From assembly GCA_963695095.1 (NCBI GenBank), contig CAVOFT010000001.1:2848001-2912000 (forward strand): a DNA stretch of 64,000 bases, read 5' to 3'. The translations under genes and the position numbers were made by a program. This document shows positions 39,421-50,413 of the stretch, one piece after another. The stretch's first letter is position 1; each line of letters begins with the position of its first letter. This DNA comes from an uncultured bacterium (GTDB lineage Bacteria; Krumholzibacteriota; Krumholzibacteriia; JACNKJ01). Below the pieces are notes generated by a model. The model saw nothing but the letters and a program-made list of their open reading frames with translations. It did no database searches and was not told where the DNA came from.

Positions 39421-39557
39421 ACTCGAGCCCGCCAGCTCGAGCCCGCCCCATTGACGAGCGAGGAGAGCCGCTTCTTATTGAAGGGTCTGCCGGTCTGGCG
39501 GAGCTAGGAAATCGGGTCGCGGCCCAGGCGCGCCCATGCACACAGGGGGGATGATCG

Positions 39558-41075
39558 ATGAAGGACTTCATGCGCACACTGAGGCTCACCGAGGTCAACT
39601 CCGGGGCCAGCACCCGCGAGTGGATCGCCAAGCCGGGCGGCGGCGAGCTGGCCGTCTTCTCGCCCGGCGACGGCAGCCGGATCGGCACGGTGCTGCAGGC
39701 CGGGCCCGCGGACTACGACAAGGTCGCCGCCGAAGCCCTCGCAGCCTTTCACGAGTGGCGCCTGGTGCCCGCGCCCCAGCGCGGCCTCATCGTGCGCGAG
39801 TTCGCCAACGCCTTCCGCGAGTACAAGGAGCCCCTGGGCAAGCTCGTCAGCTACGAGATGGGCAAGATCTACACGGAAGGCCTGGGCGAAGTGCAGGAGA
39901 TGATCGACGTCGCCGACTACGCCGTCGGCCTCTCGCGCACCATCGGCGGGCCCACCCTGCCCAGCGAGCGCCCCGGCCACCGGCTCATGGAGCAGTGGCA
40001 TCCCCTCGGCCCCATCGGCATCGTCACGGCCTTCAACTTTCCCGTCGCCGTCTGGGCCTGGAACGCGATGCTCGCCGCCGTCTGCGGCGACACCTGCATC
40101 TGGAAGCCCTCCAGCAAGACGCCGCTGACGGCGATCGCCATCCAGCACCTTTGCAACGACGTGATGAAGGCCCACGGGCTGCCCTCCATCTTCAACCTGG
40201 TGGTCGGGCGCGGCTCCGCCGTGGGCGAGCTGATGATCGCCGACCGCCGCCTGCCCCTGATCAGCGCCACGGGCTCCGTGCGCATGGGCCGGCACATCGG
40301 CGAAGTGGTCGCCCGGCGCCTGGGCCGCAGCCTGCTGGAGCTGGGCGGCAACAACGCCGTCATCGTGGACGCCTCGGCGGACCTGGACATGGCCTTCAAC
40401 GGGGTCATCTTCGGCGCCGTCGGCACGGCCGGCCAGCGCTGCACGAGCACGCGCCGGCTCTTCCTGCACGAGTCCATCGCCGAGCCCTTCCTGGCCCGGC
40501 TGGTCGCGGCTTACGGGCGCGTGCCCATCGGCGATCCCCTGGATCCCAAGACCCTCATGGGCCCGCTGATCGACGAGGGCGCGGTGGACGACATGCTGAA
40601 GGCCCTGGCGGCGGCCAAGGCCCAGGGCGGCGAAATCCTCACCGGCGGCGAGCGCCTGGACCGGCCCGGCTCCTACGTCCAGCCCACCATCGTGCGCGGC
40701 CCCCGCGACATGGCGATCGTGCGCGACGAGACCTTCGCGCCCATCCTCTACGCCTTCACCTTCACCGACATCGACGAGGTGATCGCCCAGCACAACAGCG
40801 TGGACCAGGGGCTGTCGAGCAGCATCTTCAGCCGGGACTTCCTCAACATCGAGCGCTTCCTGGGCCCGGCCGGCAGCGACTGCGGCATCGCCAACGTCAA
40901 CGCCGGCACCAGCGGCGCGGAGATCGGCGGCGCCTTCGGCGGCGAGAAGGAGACCGGCGGCGGCCGCGAGTCGGGCAGCGACAGCTGGAAGCTCTACATG
41001 CGGCGCCAGACCAACACGATCAATGCCAGCCGGGCCATGCCGCTGGCCCAGGGCGTGCAGTTCGACCTGGAGTAA
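39558..41075 (+). CDS. Aldehyde dehydrogenase, ALDH7/piperideine-6-carboxylate dehydrogenase type
   Basis: PAPQRG, EGLGEVQEMID, TAFNFPVAVWAWN, LELGGNNA, GTAGQRCT, GAEIGGAFGGEKETGGGRESGSDSWK. Confidence 0.93.
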   Translation: MKDFMRTLRLTEVNSGASTREWIAKPGGGELAVFSPGDGSRIGTVLQAGPADYDKVAAEALAAFHEWRLVPAPQRGLIVREFANAFREYKEPLGKLVSYEMGKIYTEGLGEVQEMIDVADYAVGLSRTIGGPTLPSERPGHRLMEQWHPLGPIGIVTAFNFPVAVWAWNAMLAAVCGDTCIWKPSSKTPLTAIAIQHLCNDVMKAHGLPSIFNLVVGRGSAVGELMIADRRLPLISATGSVRMGRHIGEVVARRLGRSLLELGGNNAVIVDASADLDMAFNGVIFGAVGTAGQRCTSTRRLFLHESIAEPFLARLVAAYGRVPIGDPLDPKTLMGPLIDEGAVDDMLKALAAAKAQGGEILTGGERLDRPGSYVQPTIVRGPRDMAIVRDETFAPILYAFTFTDIDEVIAQHNSVDQGLSSSIFSRDFLNIERFLGPAGSDCGIANVNAGTSGAEIGGAFGGEKETGGGRESGSDSWKLYMRRQTNTINASRAMPLAQGVQFDLE

Positions 41076-41112
41076 GCGCCGGCGGCCGCGGCGGCGCCGA
41101 GCAGCGGGAAAA

Positions 41113-41148
41113 GAAGAAGGGAGTCCGGCGAACCGGACTCCCTTCTTC
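41113..41148. terminator. Bidirectional terminator between convergent genes
   Basis: GAAGAAGGGAGTCCGG-cgaa-CCGGACTCCCTTCTTC. Confidence 0.8.
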
Positions 41149-41170
41149 GCTGCAAGAACCGGGGTCGAGC

Positions 41171-41878
41171 CTAGTAGAGCGCCTTGACGCTGGACCAGGT
41201 CGAATTGTCCGTGGCCGTGGTCTCGAGACCCAGCGAGTAAGCGACATCGCGGGGACCCGTGGTGCTGGTCTGGCTGTAGGGCGTCCAGCGGGGATAGCCC
41301 CAGAACGCGCCGTCGCGATAGGCCTCGCCGCAGCCGTAGATGATGTCGGTGTTCAGCACACCGGCATAGGGAGCAGCCTGCACCGTGCCCGTGTCCATCT
41401 GGAAGCCAATCGACATGCCGGTCGTGATCGTGATCGGCGCCGGCAGCTGGGCCTCCATGTAGTAGATCCAGTAGCTGGGATCATTCTGATTCACCGTGGT
41501 CATCTGGGCCCAGGTGAAGTAGTGCGTCGTGACCGCGGTCTGGCCGGGAGGGCACTGACCGTTGTAGATGCGGATGTAGAGGCCATTGGGCGTGACGCCC
41601 GCGGCGCCCCACTGGATGCCATAGACGCCGACCTCGTTGAAGGACTGGCCGACCAGGCTGTTGGGAATGCCATCGGCGATCTCGGAGGCATAGGCCACCG
41701 AGGAGTTGCCGGCGGAGAGGTTGTACGGGCCAGTGGAAGCGGGCTGCGAGTAGAAGATGGCCCGGCCCATCTCGACATCGGCGCCGAAGCCGTCGGTCTC
41801 GATCGAGGAGGGACCGGCGGCCAGCGCCGTCGTCGCGCCCAGCGCGAGGATCGCAAGCAGAGTGAGCATTTTCTTCAT
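41171..41878 (-). CDS. Secreted hypothetical protein with C-terminal STWSSVKALY tail
   Basis: MKKMLTLLAILALGATTALA signal; Tyr/Thr/Gly-rich beta-type body; conserved 15-aa tail. Confidence 0.8.
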   Translation of the reverse strand: MKKMLTLLAILALGATTALAAGPSSIETDGFGADVEMGRAIFYSQPASTGPYNLSAGNSSVAYASEIADGIPNSLVGQSFNEVGVYGIQWGAAGVTPNGLYIRIYNGQCPPGQTAVTTHYFTWAQMTTVNQNDPSYWIYYMEAQLPAPITITTGMSIGFQMDTGTVQAAPYAGVLNTDIIYGCGEAYRDGAFWGYPRWTPYSQTSTTGPRDVAYSLGLETTATDNSTWSSVKALY

Positions 41879-42055
41879 CTGGTGTCATCCCCTTGAACGT
41901 TGTGAGGATTCGCCGCCATCGGGGGCCGCCCAGGAGCGGCCTCCCAAGAGGCGGTCGGCGGGACTCAAGGCCCCACCGCTGCATAATTTAACCATAGAGA
42001 ATGGCGGGTTGTCCAGTCCCGGAGACGGCCACGGGGCGCGGAAACCCCCATATCG

Positions 42056-42093
42056 AAAACGAAAACGGGCGGGGGCTTGCGGCCCCCGCCCGT
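42056..42093 (-). terminator. Rho-independent terminator after the 42133..42831 gene
   Basis: ACGGGCGGGGGC-5nt-GCCCCCGCCCGT then TTTCGTTTT on the minus strand. Confidence 0.8.
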
Positions 42094-42132
42094 CCTGCTT
42101 CGCCGCGATCCCGAAGGATCGCTCAACTCAAA

Positions 42133-42831
42133 CTAGTACAGAGACTTGACCGAGCTCATCGTGGCATCCTCGACAGCCGTGGTCACGCTGTAGAGGCAGA
42201 AGGCCATCCCGACGTAGGGCTGCACGGTCCAGTAGGGGATGTCCAGGAGAGGGAAGCCCTGCAGGGGAGCGCCGCAGTCGCCGCCTTCGGCGATGCAAGT
42301 CTGCCAGCCCCACTGGCCCTCGTCCGTGAACACCATGACGCCCTGGACCTCGACCCAGTAGCGCTGACCGGCGGTCTGCGCAACCGGCGTGATGTTCGCC
42401 GACACCGCATACCAGCCGTTGGTCACGTCATAGGTCTCGGTGAAGGTGTGAACTTCCTGCGTGGAGTGCAGGGCGCCGGGATAGCAGGCACCATTGTCCA
42501 GGTAGAAGGTCACGACGTAGTAGTCCACGGTGCCCGGGGTGACGGGGTAGTTCCAGTACTGGCCCCACCAGTCCATGGCATCGACGGAGGTGCCGCTGGC
42601 CGCGACGTAGTCGTCGGCGCAGCCGGAATCAAACGGATACACGAGATCGATCTGGCTGGAGAGGCCGGTGCCCGCAGGATCCGGCATCTGGCAGAACAGG
42701 GTGACGTCGCGGCTCGTGGTGACGCCGGGACCGCCGTTCCCCATCGGGGACGCGCTATCGAGCGTCGCGGCCGAAGCCAGCGAAGCCGTCATCAGAAGCG
42801 CAAAGAGGGCCATCAGTAGCTTGGAATGCAT
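42133..42831 (-). CDS. Secreted hypothetical protein with C-terminal ATMSSVKSLY tail
   Basis: AGGAGG RBS; signal peptide; ADDY...DWWG.YWN beta-sandwich-like body; conserved 15-aa tail. Confidence 0.8.
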   Translation of the reverse strand: MHSKLLMALFALLMTASLASAATLDSASPMGNGGPGVTTSRDVTLFCQMPDPAGTGLSSQIDLVYPFDSGCADDYVAASGTSVDAMDWWGQYWNYPVTPGTVDYYVVTFYLDNGACYPGALHSTQEVHTFTETYDVTNGWYAVSANITPVAQTAGQRYWVEVQGVMVFTDEGQWGWQTCIAEGGDCGAPLQGFPLLDIPYWTVQPYVGMAFCLYSVTTAVEDATMSSVKSLY

Positions 42832-43026
42832 GTTGTTCCTCCTGTAGCGTAATCAAGCTGAGTGGCAATGGAAGCTCCGCAACTACCTTGTGCGCACATG
42901 AACACTGGCCTGCGGTATGCCTCAGCCATGCAGAGTATGGCACGAATCGGCCTGCGCGTGCAAGGGCTCTCAGGGGGCCTCAGGGCCCGATTTGGCGGGC
43001 TTTCAGGACCTTCCGGTCCCTATTCT

Positions 43027-43773
43027 TCAGATTCCGAAGCGGATCGTCACGGCGACGTAGGGCCCGCTGCCCGCCTCGAGATCGATCGCGCCGACGAGGG
43101 CCGTCTCCCCTTCCAGGGTCCAGTCGCCGCTGGCCAGCTCATAGCCCCCTTCGGTCAGGATGCCCACCCAGCGGGCGAGGCGCAGGTCGAGACCGACGTG
43201 CGGCCGCAGCAGCAGGAAGAGCTGCTCCCCGCGCAGGTAGACCTGGACGATGCCCGTGTCGCCGGCCCTTCGCTCCACGGTGACTTCGCTGGCGCCGCCG
43301 CCGAGGGCCAGGCCGCCCTCCACGAAGATCCGCTTGTGCAGGGGCAGGACGCCCTTGACGTCGAACCAGCCGGCCCCGCGGCTGAAGCGGCTGAAGTCGT
43401 CGCCACGCCGGGATTCGGCGGCGCCGCCGTAGCCGCCGCCGCCCAGGGCGACGAAGAGCTTGTCGCCGCTGTGCATGCTGAACCAGCCGGCGCCGCCCCA
43501 GCTCAGGGTCTTCTCGGGCAGCGCGATGAGGCCGGCCGGGTGCTCCGCCAGCGCGCGGTTGGCCGCCTCCAGGTCCAGCTCCCGCCAGACCATGCTCGGC
43601 CCGCCGCCGGTGCCGGTGCCGTCCAGGTAGTCGTCCTTGAACTCCTCCTCCTCCCAGAACTTGTCGAAGTCCTTGCTGAGGTCCTCGCCGATGGGGGGTG
43701 TCTGGGCGGGCGGCGTCTGGGCCGCCGCCGGCAGGGCGGCAAGCAGCACGAGCAGGATCGCCAGGCGGGTCAT
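43027..43773 (-). CDS. Outer-membrane beta-barrel-like hypothetical protein
   Basis: Signal peptide; Gly-rich amphipathic strands; ends VAVTIRFGI. Confidence 0.6.
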   Translation of the reverse strand: MTRLAILLVLLAALPAAAQTPPAQTPPIGEDLSKDFDKFWEEEEFKDDYLDGTGTGGGPSMVWRELDLEAANRALAEHPAGLIALPEKTLSWGGAGWFSMHSGDKLFVALGGGGYGGAAESRRGDDFSRFSRGAGWFDVKGVLPLHKRIFVEGGLALGGGASEVTVERRAGDTGIVQVYLRGEQLFLLLRPHVGLDLRLARWVGILTEGGYELASGDWTLEGETALVGAIDLEAGSGPYVAVTIRFGI

Positions 43774-43807
43774 CCGGTCTCCCTTCGCTGTCAGCGCCCG
43801 CGGGCGC

Positions 43808-44806
43808 TCACTTGAGATGAAACTCCAGGACATCGCCATCGGCCACCGGATGCGCCCGGTCCACCGTCTGGCCGTCGAACTTGCCCGAGCCCCAGAGGCG
43901 GGCCGAGGCGAAGCGCTCCACGAATTCCCGATGCACCTTGGCCGCCACGTCGATCACCGTGCTGCCGATGGGTAGCAGGTAGGGTGCGCCGGCGGCCAGC
44001 GGCTTCCCGGGCGCCTTCGTGTAGATGCGCACGAGCTGCAGGGCCGCGAAGACGGTGTGGGCGAAGTTGTCCAGGCCCTGCGCGCGGGTCACCGACACCA
44101 GCACGCGCGGCCAGCGGCCCCCGATCAGCTCCGTGAGGAAGTCCAGATTGACCGGCGCGTCCGGGTGGTCCGCCTTGGTGGCCACGAGCAGCGTGGCCCG
44201 CTCGTTCTGGGCGCGCAGGGGGTCGGCGGTGTCGACCTTGTCCACCAGGCGCAGGCCCCGCTCCTCGAAGCCGGCGTCGATGGTCTCCACCATCTCGCAG
44301 CAATCGGGCGCCGAGAGGTCGGCGATGAGCAGGATGAGGTCGGCGGCGCGGGCCTGGTCCAGCAGCCAGGGCTCGAGCGGCCGCTGCAGGACCGGCGGCG
44401 TGTCCACCAGCTCGATGGCGATGTCCTCCCAGCGCATCATGCCGGGCTGGGGCAGGCTGGTGGTGAAGGGGTAGTCCGCGATCTCGGGGCGGGCGGCGGT
44501 GAGCGCGGCGAGCAGGCTGCTCTTGCCCGCGTTGGGGGCGCCGACCATGAGCACCTGGGGCGCGTCGCCGTGGGGCAGGTAGTAGGGGTTGTGGACCTTG
44601 CCCTTGCCGGTCTTCTTGGCCTGCTCGATCTGCGCCTGCAGGGCCGAGAGCTTGCGGTTCAGCTCGGCGCGGATCTTGTCGGTGCCCTTGTGGTGGGGCA
44701 TGATCGCCATCATCTCGCGCAGATGGGCGATCTTCTCCTCGGGCTCGCGGGCCGCCTTGAAGCGGTCCTCGGCCTTGTGGTAGTGCGGCGGCAGGTTGGT
44801 GGGCAA
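43808..44806 (-). CDS. OBG-HflX superfamily GTPase, DRG-like, with C-terminal TGS domain
   Basis: TTG start after GGAGG; MPTNLPP...[36 protein letters not shown]...STV.DVA.KVH...DGDVLEFH. Confidence 0.88.
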   Translation of the reverse strand: MPTNLPPHYHKAEDRFKAAREPEEKIAHLREMMAIMPHHKGTDKIRAELNRKLSALQAQIEQAKKTGKGKVHNPYYLPHGDAPQVLMVGAPNAGKSSLLAALTAARPEIADYPFTTSLPQPGMMRWEDIAIELVDTPPVLQRPLEPWLLDQARAADLILLIADLSAPDCCEMVETIDAGFEERGLRLVDKVDTADPLRAQNERATLLVATKADHPDAPVNLDFLTELIGGRWPRVLVSVTRAQGLDNFAHTVFAALQLVRIYTKAPGKPLAAGAPYLLPIGSTVIDVAAKVHREFVERFASARLWGSGKFDGQTVDRAHPVADGDVLEFHLK

Positions 44807-44856
44807 GGGAGCCTCCGGCGCGGGGCGAGCGTCCGCCGCCCGCCCCGCGCCGAAGT

Positions 44857-45624
44857 CTAGATGTAGAGGTGTTCGGGGTCAATCTCCTCGCGGAGCACGC
44901 GCAGCTCCTCGTCCGTCGGAGCCGCGTTCGCCTCCACCTGCGGCGGCAGCAGGAGCGGGAAGCCGGTGGCGGCCACCACCTCGTCCACCGTGACGCCCGG
45001 ATTGACGGCGATGAGCTGCATGCGCTTGCTCGCCTCCTCGTAGCCCAGCGTGGCAAGATTGGTCACGACGCGATAGGGCCCGGCGTCCGGGAAGAGGCCG
45101 GCGGCCTCGCGCGCCCCCGGCCCCGTCAGGTAGCCGGGCGTGGTCACGAAGTCGATCTTGGGAATGAAGCGCTGCGGCTCGTGCCGCATGATCGCGATCG
45201 TGCGCCAGCAGAAGCTGCCCACGTCGTTGCCGCCGCCGCTGCCCGGCAGGCGCACCTTCGGGTGCTCGTAGTCGCCGATCACCGTGGAGTTGAGGTTGCC
45301 GTACATGTCGATCTGCGCGCCGCCCAGGAAGCCGTAGGTGACGAAGCCGCGCGCGGCCGTCTCCATGACGTCGCAGATGCCCGTGGCCACCAGGGCGCGG
45401 TAGAAGGTCTTCGACTCGCCGACGCCGCGGGGCAGGTACTTGAGGCTGGAGCCGATGCCGCCGAATTCGAAGACGCTCACGAGATCGGGCGCGTAGAGGC
45501 GCTTGGCCAGGGCGGCGGCCAGCATGGGCACGCCGGTGCCGATGAAGGCGCTGGAGCGGTCCTCCATCACGCGGGCGGCCAGGCAGATCAGCAATTCGGT
45601 GCCGTTGTAGCGATCGCTCGTCAT
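44857..45624 (-). CDS. Family I CoA-transferase subunit B (glutaconate CoA-transferase GctB-like)
   Basis: [45 protein letters not shown]. Confidence 0.88.
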   Translation of the reverse strand: MTSDRYNGTELLICLAARVMEDRSSAFIGTGVPMLAAALAKRLYAPDLVSVFEFGGIGSSLKYLPRGVGESKTFYRALVATGICDVMETAARGFVTYGFLGGAQIDMYGNLNSTVIGDYEHPKVRLPGSGGGNDVGSFCWRTIAIMRHEPQRFIPKIDFVTTPGYLTGPGAREAAGLFPDAGPYRVVTNLATLGYEEASKRMQLIAVNPGVTVDEVVAATGFPLLLPPQVEANAAPTDEELRVLREEIDPEHLYI

Positions 45625-45630
45625 CAGGGC

Positions 45631-46605
45631 CTACCTCCCCACCGCGAGGCCGCGCAGGGCCTCTTGCTTGGCGCCGCCGCCGATCGACTTCAGGTAGGCC
45701 GCATGATCCGGCAGCCGGCGCATCGTCTGTTCGAGGTAGGCCTCCGTGCCCGCGGCGGTCTTCGCCGCCTCCAGCCAGGCGAGGATGTCCGGTTCGTCGC
45801 GGCCGTAGAGGTAGGGCATCTCGCCCGGATGGCTGCCGAAGGGCGCGTGCACGACGGCGTCGACCAGGAAGTAGGGAATCACGTTGCGCTCCGGATACTG
45901 GCGGATCGTCTCGGTGTCGATGATCTCCTCGGCGCTGATCAGCACCTTCTTGCTGGCGCGGGCGATCTCCAGGGCGAAGCCGCTGATGCCGTCGAGCTGG
46001 CAGTTGCCGTACTTGTCGGCCCGGTGCACGTGGATCACCGCGCAATCCACAACGAGCGCCGGCAGCAGCATCACCTTGCCGTTGCCGAAGGGATCCAGGG
46101 CCACCTTGCCGGCCGAGCGCCTGAAGGTGTCCGTGCCCAGCATGCTCTTGATGGGCAGGAAGGGCACGCCCATCGCCGCCGCCTTGAAGCGCCAGGCGAT
46201 GCCGGCGTTGCTCCACTCCACCACCTCGAGGCCGTCCTTCTCCACGGCGCGCCGCAGCACGTTGGAGAGGCCGTGCACCTCGTAGGCGTTGTAGGTGATG
46301 TCCATGGCGTCCACCATGCCGGCGGCGACCAGCCAGTCCACGTCCTGCAGGCCCTGGCCGACGAGGCGCAGATGCCGGCGCCCCTGGCGGACGATCTCGC
46401 GCACGATGCTCAGCGGCGCGCGACAGGTGCCGTACAGCTCGAAGCCGATGTAGTCGCCGTCGGCCACGCAGCGGCGCACCGCCTCGTGCTCGTCGACGAG
46501 CTTGTCCACCAGGGCCATCGACTTGCGCTCGCGGTTCCAGCGGCGCAAGCCGTCGAGGTCGGGCTCCTGCAGGAGCCGCCCCCGCCCGCTCTCCAGTAGC
46601 TCCAT
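45631..46605 (-). CDS. Family I CoA-transferase subunit A (GctA-like)
   Basis: EAVRRCVADGD, EIVRQG, AAAMGVPFLP.KS.LGTD, IHV.RADKYGN, AVV.AP.GSHP. Confidence 0.88.
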   Translation of the reverse strand: MELLESGRGRLLQEPDLDGLRRWNRERKSMALVDKLVDEHEAVRRCVADGDYIGFELYGTCRAPLSIVREIVRQGRRHLRLVGQGLQDVDWLVAAGMVDAMDITYNAYEVHGLSNVLRRAVEKDGLEVVEWSNAGIAWRFKAAAMGVPFLPIKSMLGTDTFRRSAGKVALDPFGNGKVMLLPALVVDCAVIHVHRADKYGNCQLDGISGFALEIARASKKVLISAEEIIDTETIRQYPERNVIPYFLVDAVVHAPFGSHPGEMPYLYGRDEPDILAWLEAAKTAAGTEAYLEQTMRRLPDHAAYLKSIGGGAKQEALRGLAVGR

Positions 46606-46849
46606 GTTGCCTCCCACGCTGCCCGCCGGAGCGGGATTCAGGACCAGTGCCTCCGGCATGGTGCCGGAGCGGAGAGCGGGCGTCAAGCCCCCGGCCAGCC
46701 TGCCCGCTCGGAACCGTAGGAGACCAGGGGTGGCCACCTTTGATTGTTCGTCGGTTCGCCCGCAATCCATGCCTGATAGCGCCCAGCAGCTTGCTTCCGC
46801 CAAATGGATCTGCTCTACTGGAAGCGCTCATCAACCTGGAGGAGGGGGC

Positions 46850-48259
46850 ATGTCCACGGATCTCAGCCAGTACTCGGCCGGCGTCCGCGCCCGGGTGGAA
46901 GCGGGGCGCGCCCTGATGGCCCGGCGCGAGGCGGCCCTCGAGCGCATGCGGGCTTGCCGCTTCGACACCATCGCGGTGCACGGACTCTACACCATGCAGG
47001 AGGCGCTGGAGAACAACCAGGGCTCCATCATCGAGCCGGCCTACCTGTCCACCAGCGAGCACTACGCCGACGCGGACGCCATGGAGGCGGCGCTGGCCTA
47101 CCTCATCCCCACCTGGTGCTACGCGCGCATCGCCAACCCCACCACCTACTACCTCGAGTGGATGCTGGCCCTGCTCGAGGGCTACGGCACGGGTCTGGAG
47201 ACGAGCGCCGTCGTGACGGCCAGCGGCATGGCCGCGATCATGGCCGCCGTCGATCCCTTCCTCGTCAAGCGCACGAAGGACCCCGCCGAGCGGATGAACT
47301 TCGTCTCCTCCTGCCACGTCTATGGCGGCACCTTCCAGCAGTTCTCGGTGCGCCGCGACCAGGACCGCGGCCACGAGGTGCGCTGGATCAGCGATGTCAT
47401 GAACATCGACGCCTGGGCCGCCCGCATCGACGCCGACACCCGCTTCGTCTACGTCGAGCTGCCCAGCAACCCGACGATCAGCTTCGTCGACCTGGCCGCC
47501 CTGGCCAAGCTCGCCCACGCGCACGGCATTCCCCTCATCGTGGACGCCACCGTGGCCACGCCGGCGCTGCTGCGCCCGCTCGCCCACGGCGCCGACATCG
47601 TGGTGCACTCGGTCTCCAAGAGCATGACGAGCAGCGGCATGGGCGTGGGCGGCGTGCTGGTGGCGCGCAAGGACATCGTCAGCAACATCGACAACCCGGA
47701 GATGAAGGCGGACTTCGCCAGCTGGGTGAAGTTCCTGCCCTACCGCGACAACGGACCCAGCATGAATCCCCTGCACGCCGTCATGGTGATGAACGACCTG
47801 CGCACCCTGCGCAGCAAGATGGACCTGGTAAGCAAAAGCAGCCAGACCGTGGCCGAGTACCTCGCCGCGCATCCCAAGATCGAGCAGGTGGACTACCTCG
47901 GCCTGCCGGACAACCCCAAGCACGCCGTCGCCAAGCGCTACCTCAAGCTCGTGGACTCGGAGCTGGAGACCGGCGGCGAGCCGGTCAACCGCTACGGCCA
48001 CCTGATGAGCTTCCGCGTCAAGGGCGGCGGCGAGGCGGCGCGGCGCGTCTTCGACGGCTTCCAGATGATCTGGCGGGCCACCGATCTGGGCCGCATCAAG
48101 TCCGTGGCGACGATCCCGGCGATCAGCACCCACCAGCAGCAGGGCGAGGCCGCGCGGGCGATGGCCGACGTGGCGCCGAACATGATCCGCCTCTGCGTGG
48201 GCGGCGAGCACCCAGAGGACATCATCGCGGACCTGGAACAGGGCCTCAAGCGGGTATAA
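46850..48259 (+). CDS. PLP-dependent Cys/Met metabolism enzyme (O-acetylhomoserine sulfhydrylase / methionine gamma-lyase-like)
   Basis: FDTIAVHG, YARIANPT, SGMAAI, YGGT, ELPSNP, VDATVATP, DIVVHSVSK (PLP Lys), IRLCVGGE. Confidence 0.88.
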   Translation: MSTDLSQYSAGVRARVEAGRALMARREAALERMRACRFDTIAVHGLYTMQEALENNQGSIIEPAYLSTSEHYADADAMEAALAYLIPTWCYARIANPTTYYLEWMLALLEGYGTGLETSAVVTASGMAAIMAAVDPFLVKRTKDPAERMNFVSSCHVYGGTFQQFSVRRDQDRGHEVRWISDVMNIDAWAARIDADTRFVYVELPSNPTISFVDLAALAKLAHAHGIPLIVDATVATPALLRPLAHGADIVVHSVSKSMTSSGMGVGGVLVARKDIVSNIDNPEMKADFASWVKFLPYRDNGPSMNPLHAVMVMNDLRTLRSKMDLVSKSSQTVAEYLAAHPKIEQVDYLGLPDNPKHAVAKRYLKLVDSELETGGEPVNRYGHLMSFRVKGGGEAARRVFDGFQMIWRATDLGRIKSVATIPAISTHQQQGEAARAMADVAPNMIRLCVGGEHPEDIIADLEQGLKRV

Positions 48260-48460
48260 GCCGCTCGATGACAAGGCATTACGAAGGCTCTTCCGGCGGC
48301 GGCGGCGCGGCCGGGCGGGGCCCATTTCGGCGAGCAAATCAAGATCCGGTAGTCTTGCATAACCCGGGGCGAGCGTGTTTCTTCCTGGGGTTCTCAGGGG
48401 CCGAACGCGGTTCCGCTCCGACCTCTACCCAAGCCACGCGTCAACACAAAGGAGTAAGCG

Positions 48461-49799
<1,339 letters not shown>

Positions 49800-49845
49800 T
49801 TCGGCAGCATTTCAGCGCGGCGGCGACGCCGCGCATGCAATTGAG

Positions 49846-49877
49846 AAGGCGGGGTGCGCGAGCGCCCCGCCTTTCTT
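49846..49877 (+). terminator. Rho-independent terminator after gdhA
   Basis: AAGGCGGGGTGC-gcga-GCGCCCCGCCTT-TCTT. Confidence 0.75.
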
Positions 49878-49904
49878 CTATCACGCGGCGAGAGGTCAGG
49901 TAGC

Positions 49905-50360
49905 CTATCGCGTGATCGTGATCTTTGCCTGCCCCATGGCTGCGCCGACCTGCAGGCGCGCCAAGAAGATCCCCGACGGGAGCGCCGTACCGTCACCCGC
50001 TTGACCATCCCAGGTGATCCCGTGGGCGATCGCGTCAGCAGTGACATGCTCGCTCCAGACGCGTGCCCCTGCCACAGAATAGATCTCTAGCACGCCCGCT
50101 CCGGTGGCGCGCACCGGCAACTCGGCCTGGAACACGATCGCACCGCGCGCTGGATTTGGTCGCACCACGAGGAGCAGGCTCGGTTCGCTCGCGCTCTCAG
50201 TGGATGGCACCGTCGTAAGCGTCGCCGCCACCTCGCCGACTAGTCGGAATGGACCGCAGCTTCCCTCCTCGCCGTCGACGACGAGGTAGTATGTGCCCGA
50301 GGTTAGGAACACTAGCTGCACAGACCAAGAGAACTGCGAGGATCCTGCAACTGCGCCGCT
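49905..50360 (-). pseudogene. 5'-truncated remnant of a CTD-bearing secreted protein (end of a PPC-like domain plus CTD)
   Basis: TSGTYYLVVDG..G.CGPF, RPNPARG...LEIYSVAG.RV...WDGQ..DG..LPSGIFLARL; no signal peptide or convincing start. Confidence 0.6.
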
Positions 50361-50413
50361 GGCGGGAGCCGTTGGCCCAAGTCGCGTTCGAAGTCGCTGC
50401 CATTCCCATCCTC

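Noticed and set aside
44879..48337. 1152-aa minus-strand ORF and other very long alternative-frame ORFs (28398..31328, 23195..25912, 51565..54177, 51410..54037)
   Set aside because: Arg/Ala/Gly/Pro-rich shadows of well-supported genes, expected at this GC content. Only the last 33 codons of 51410..54037 look like a real remnant.
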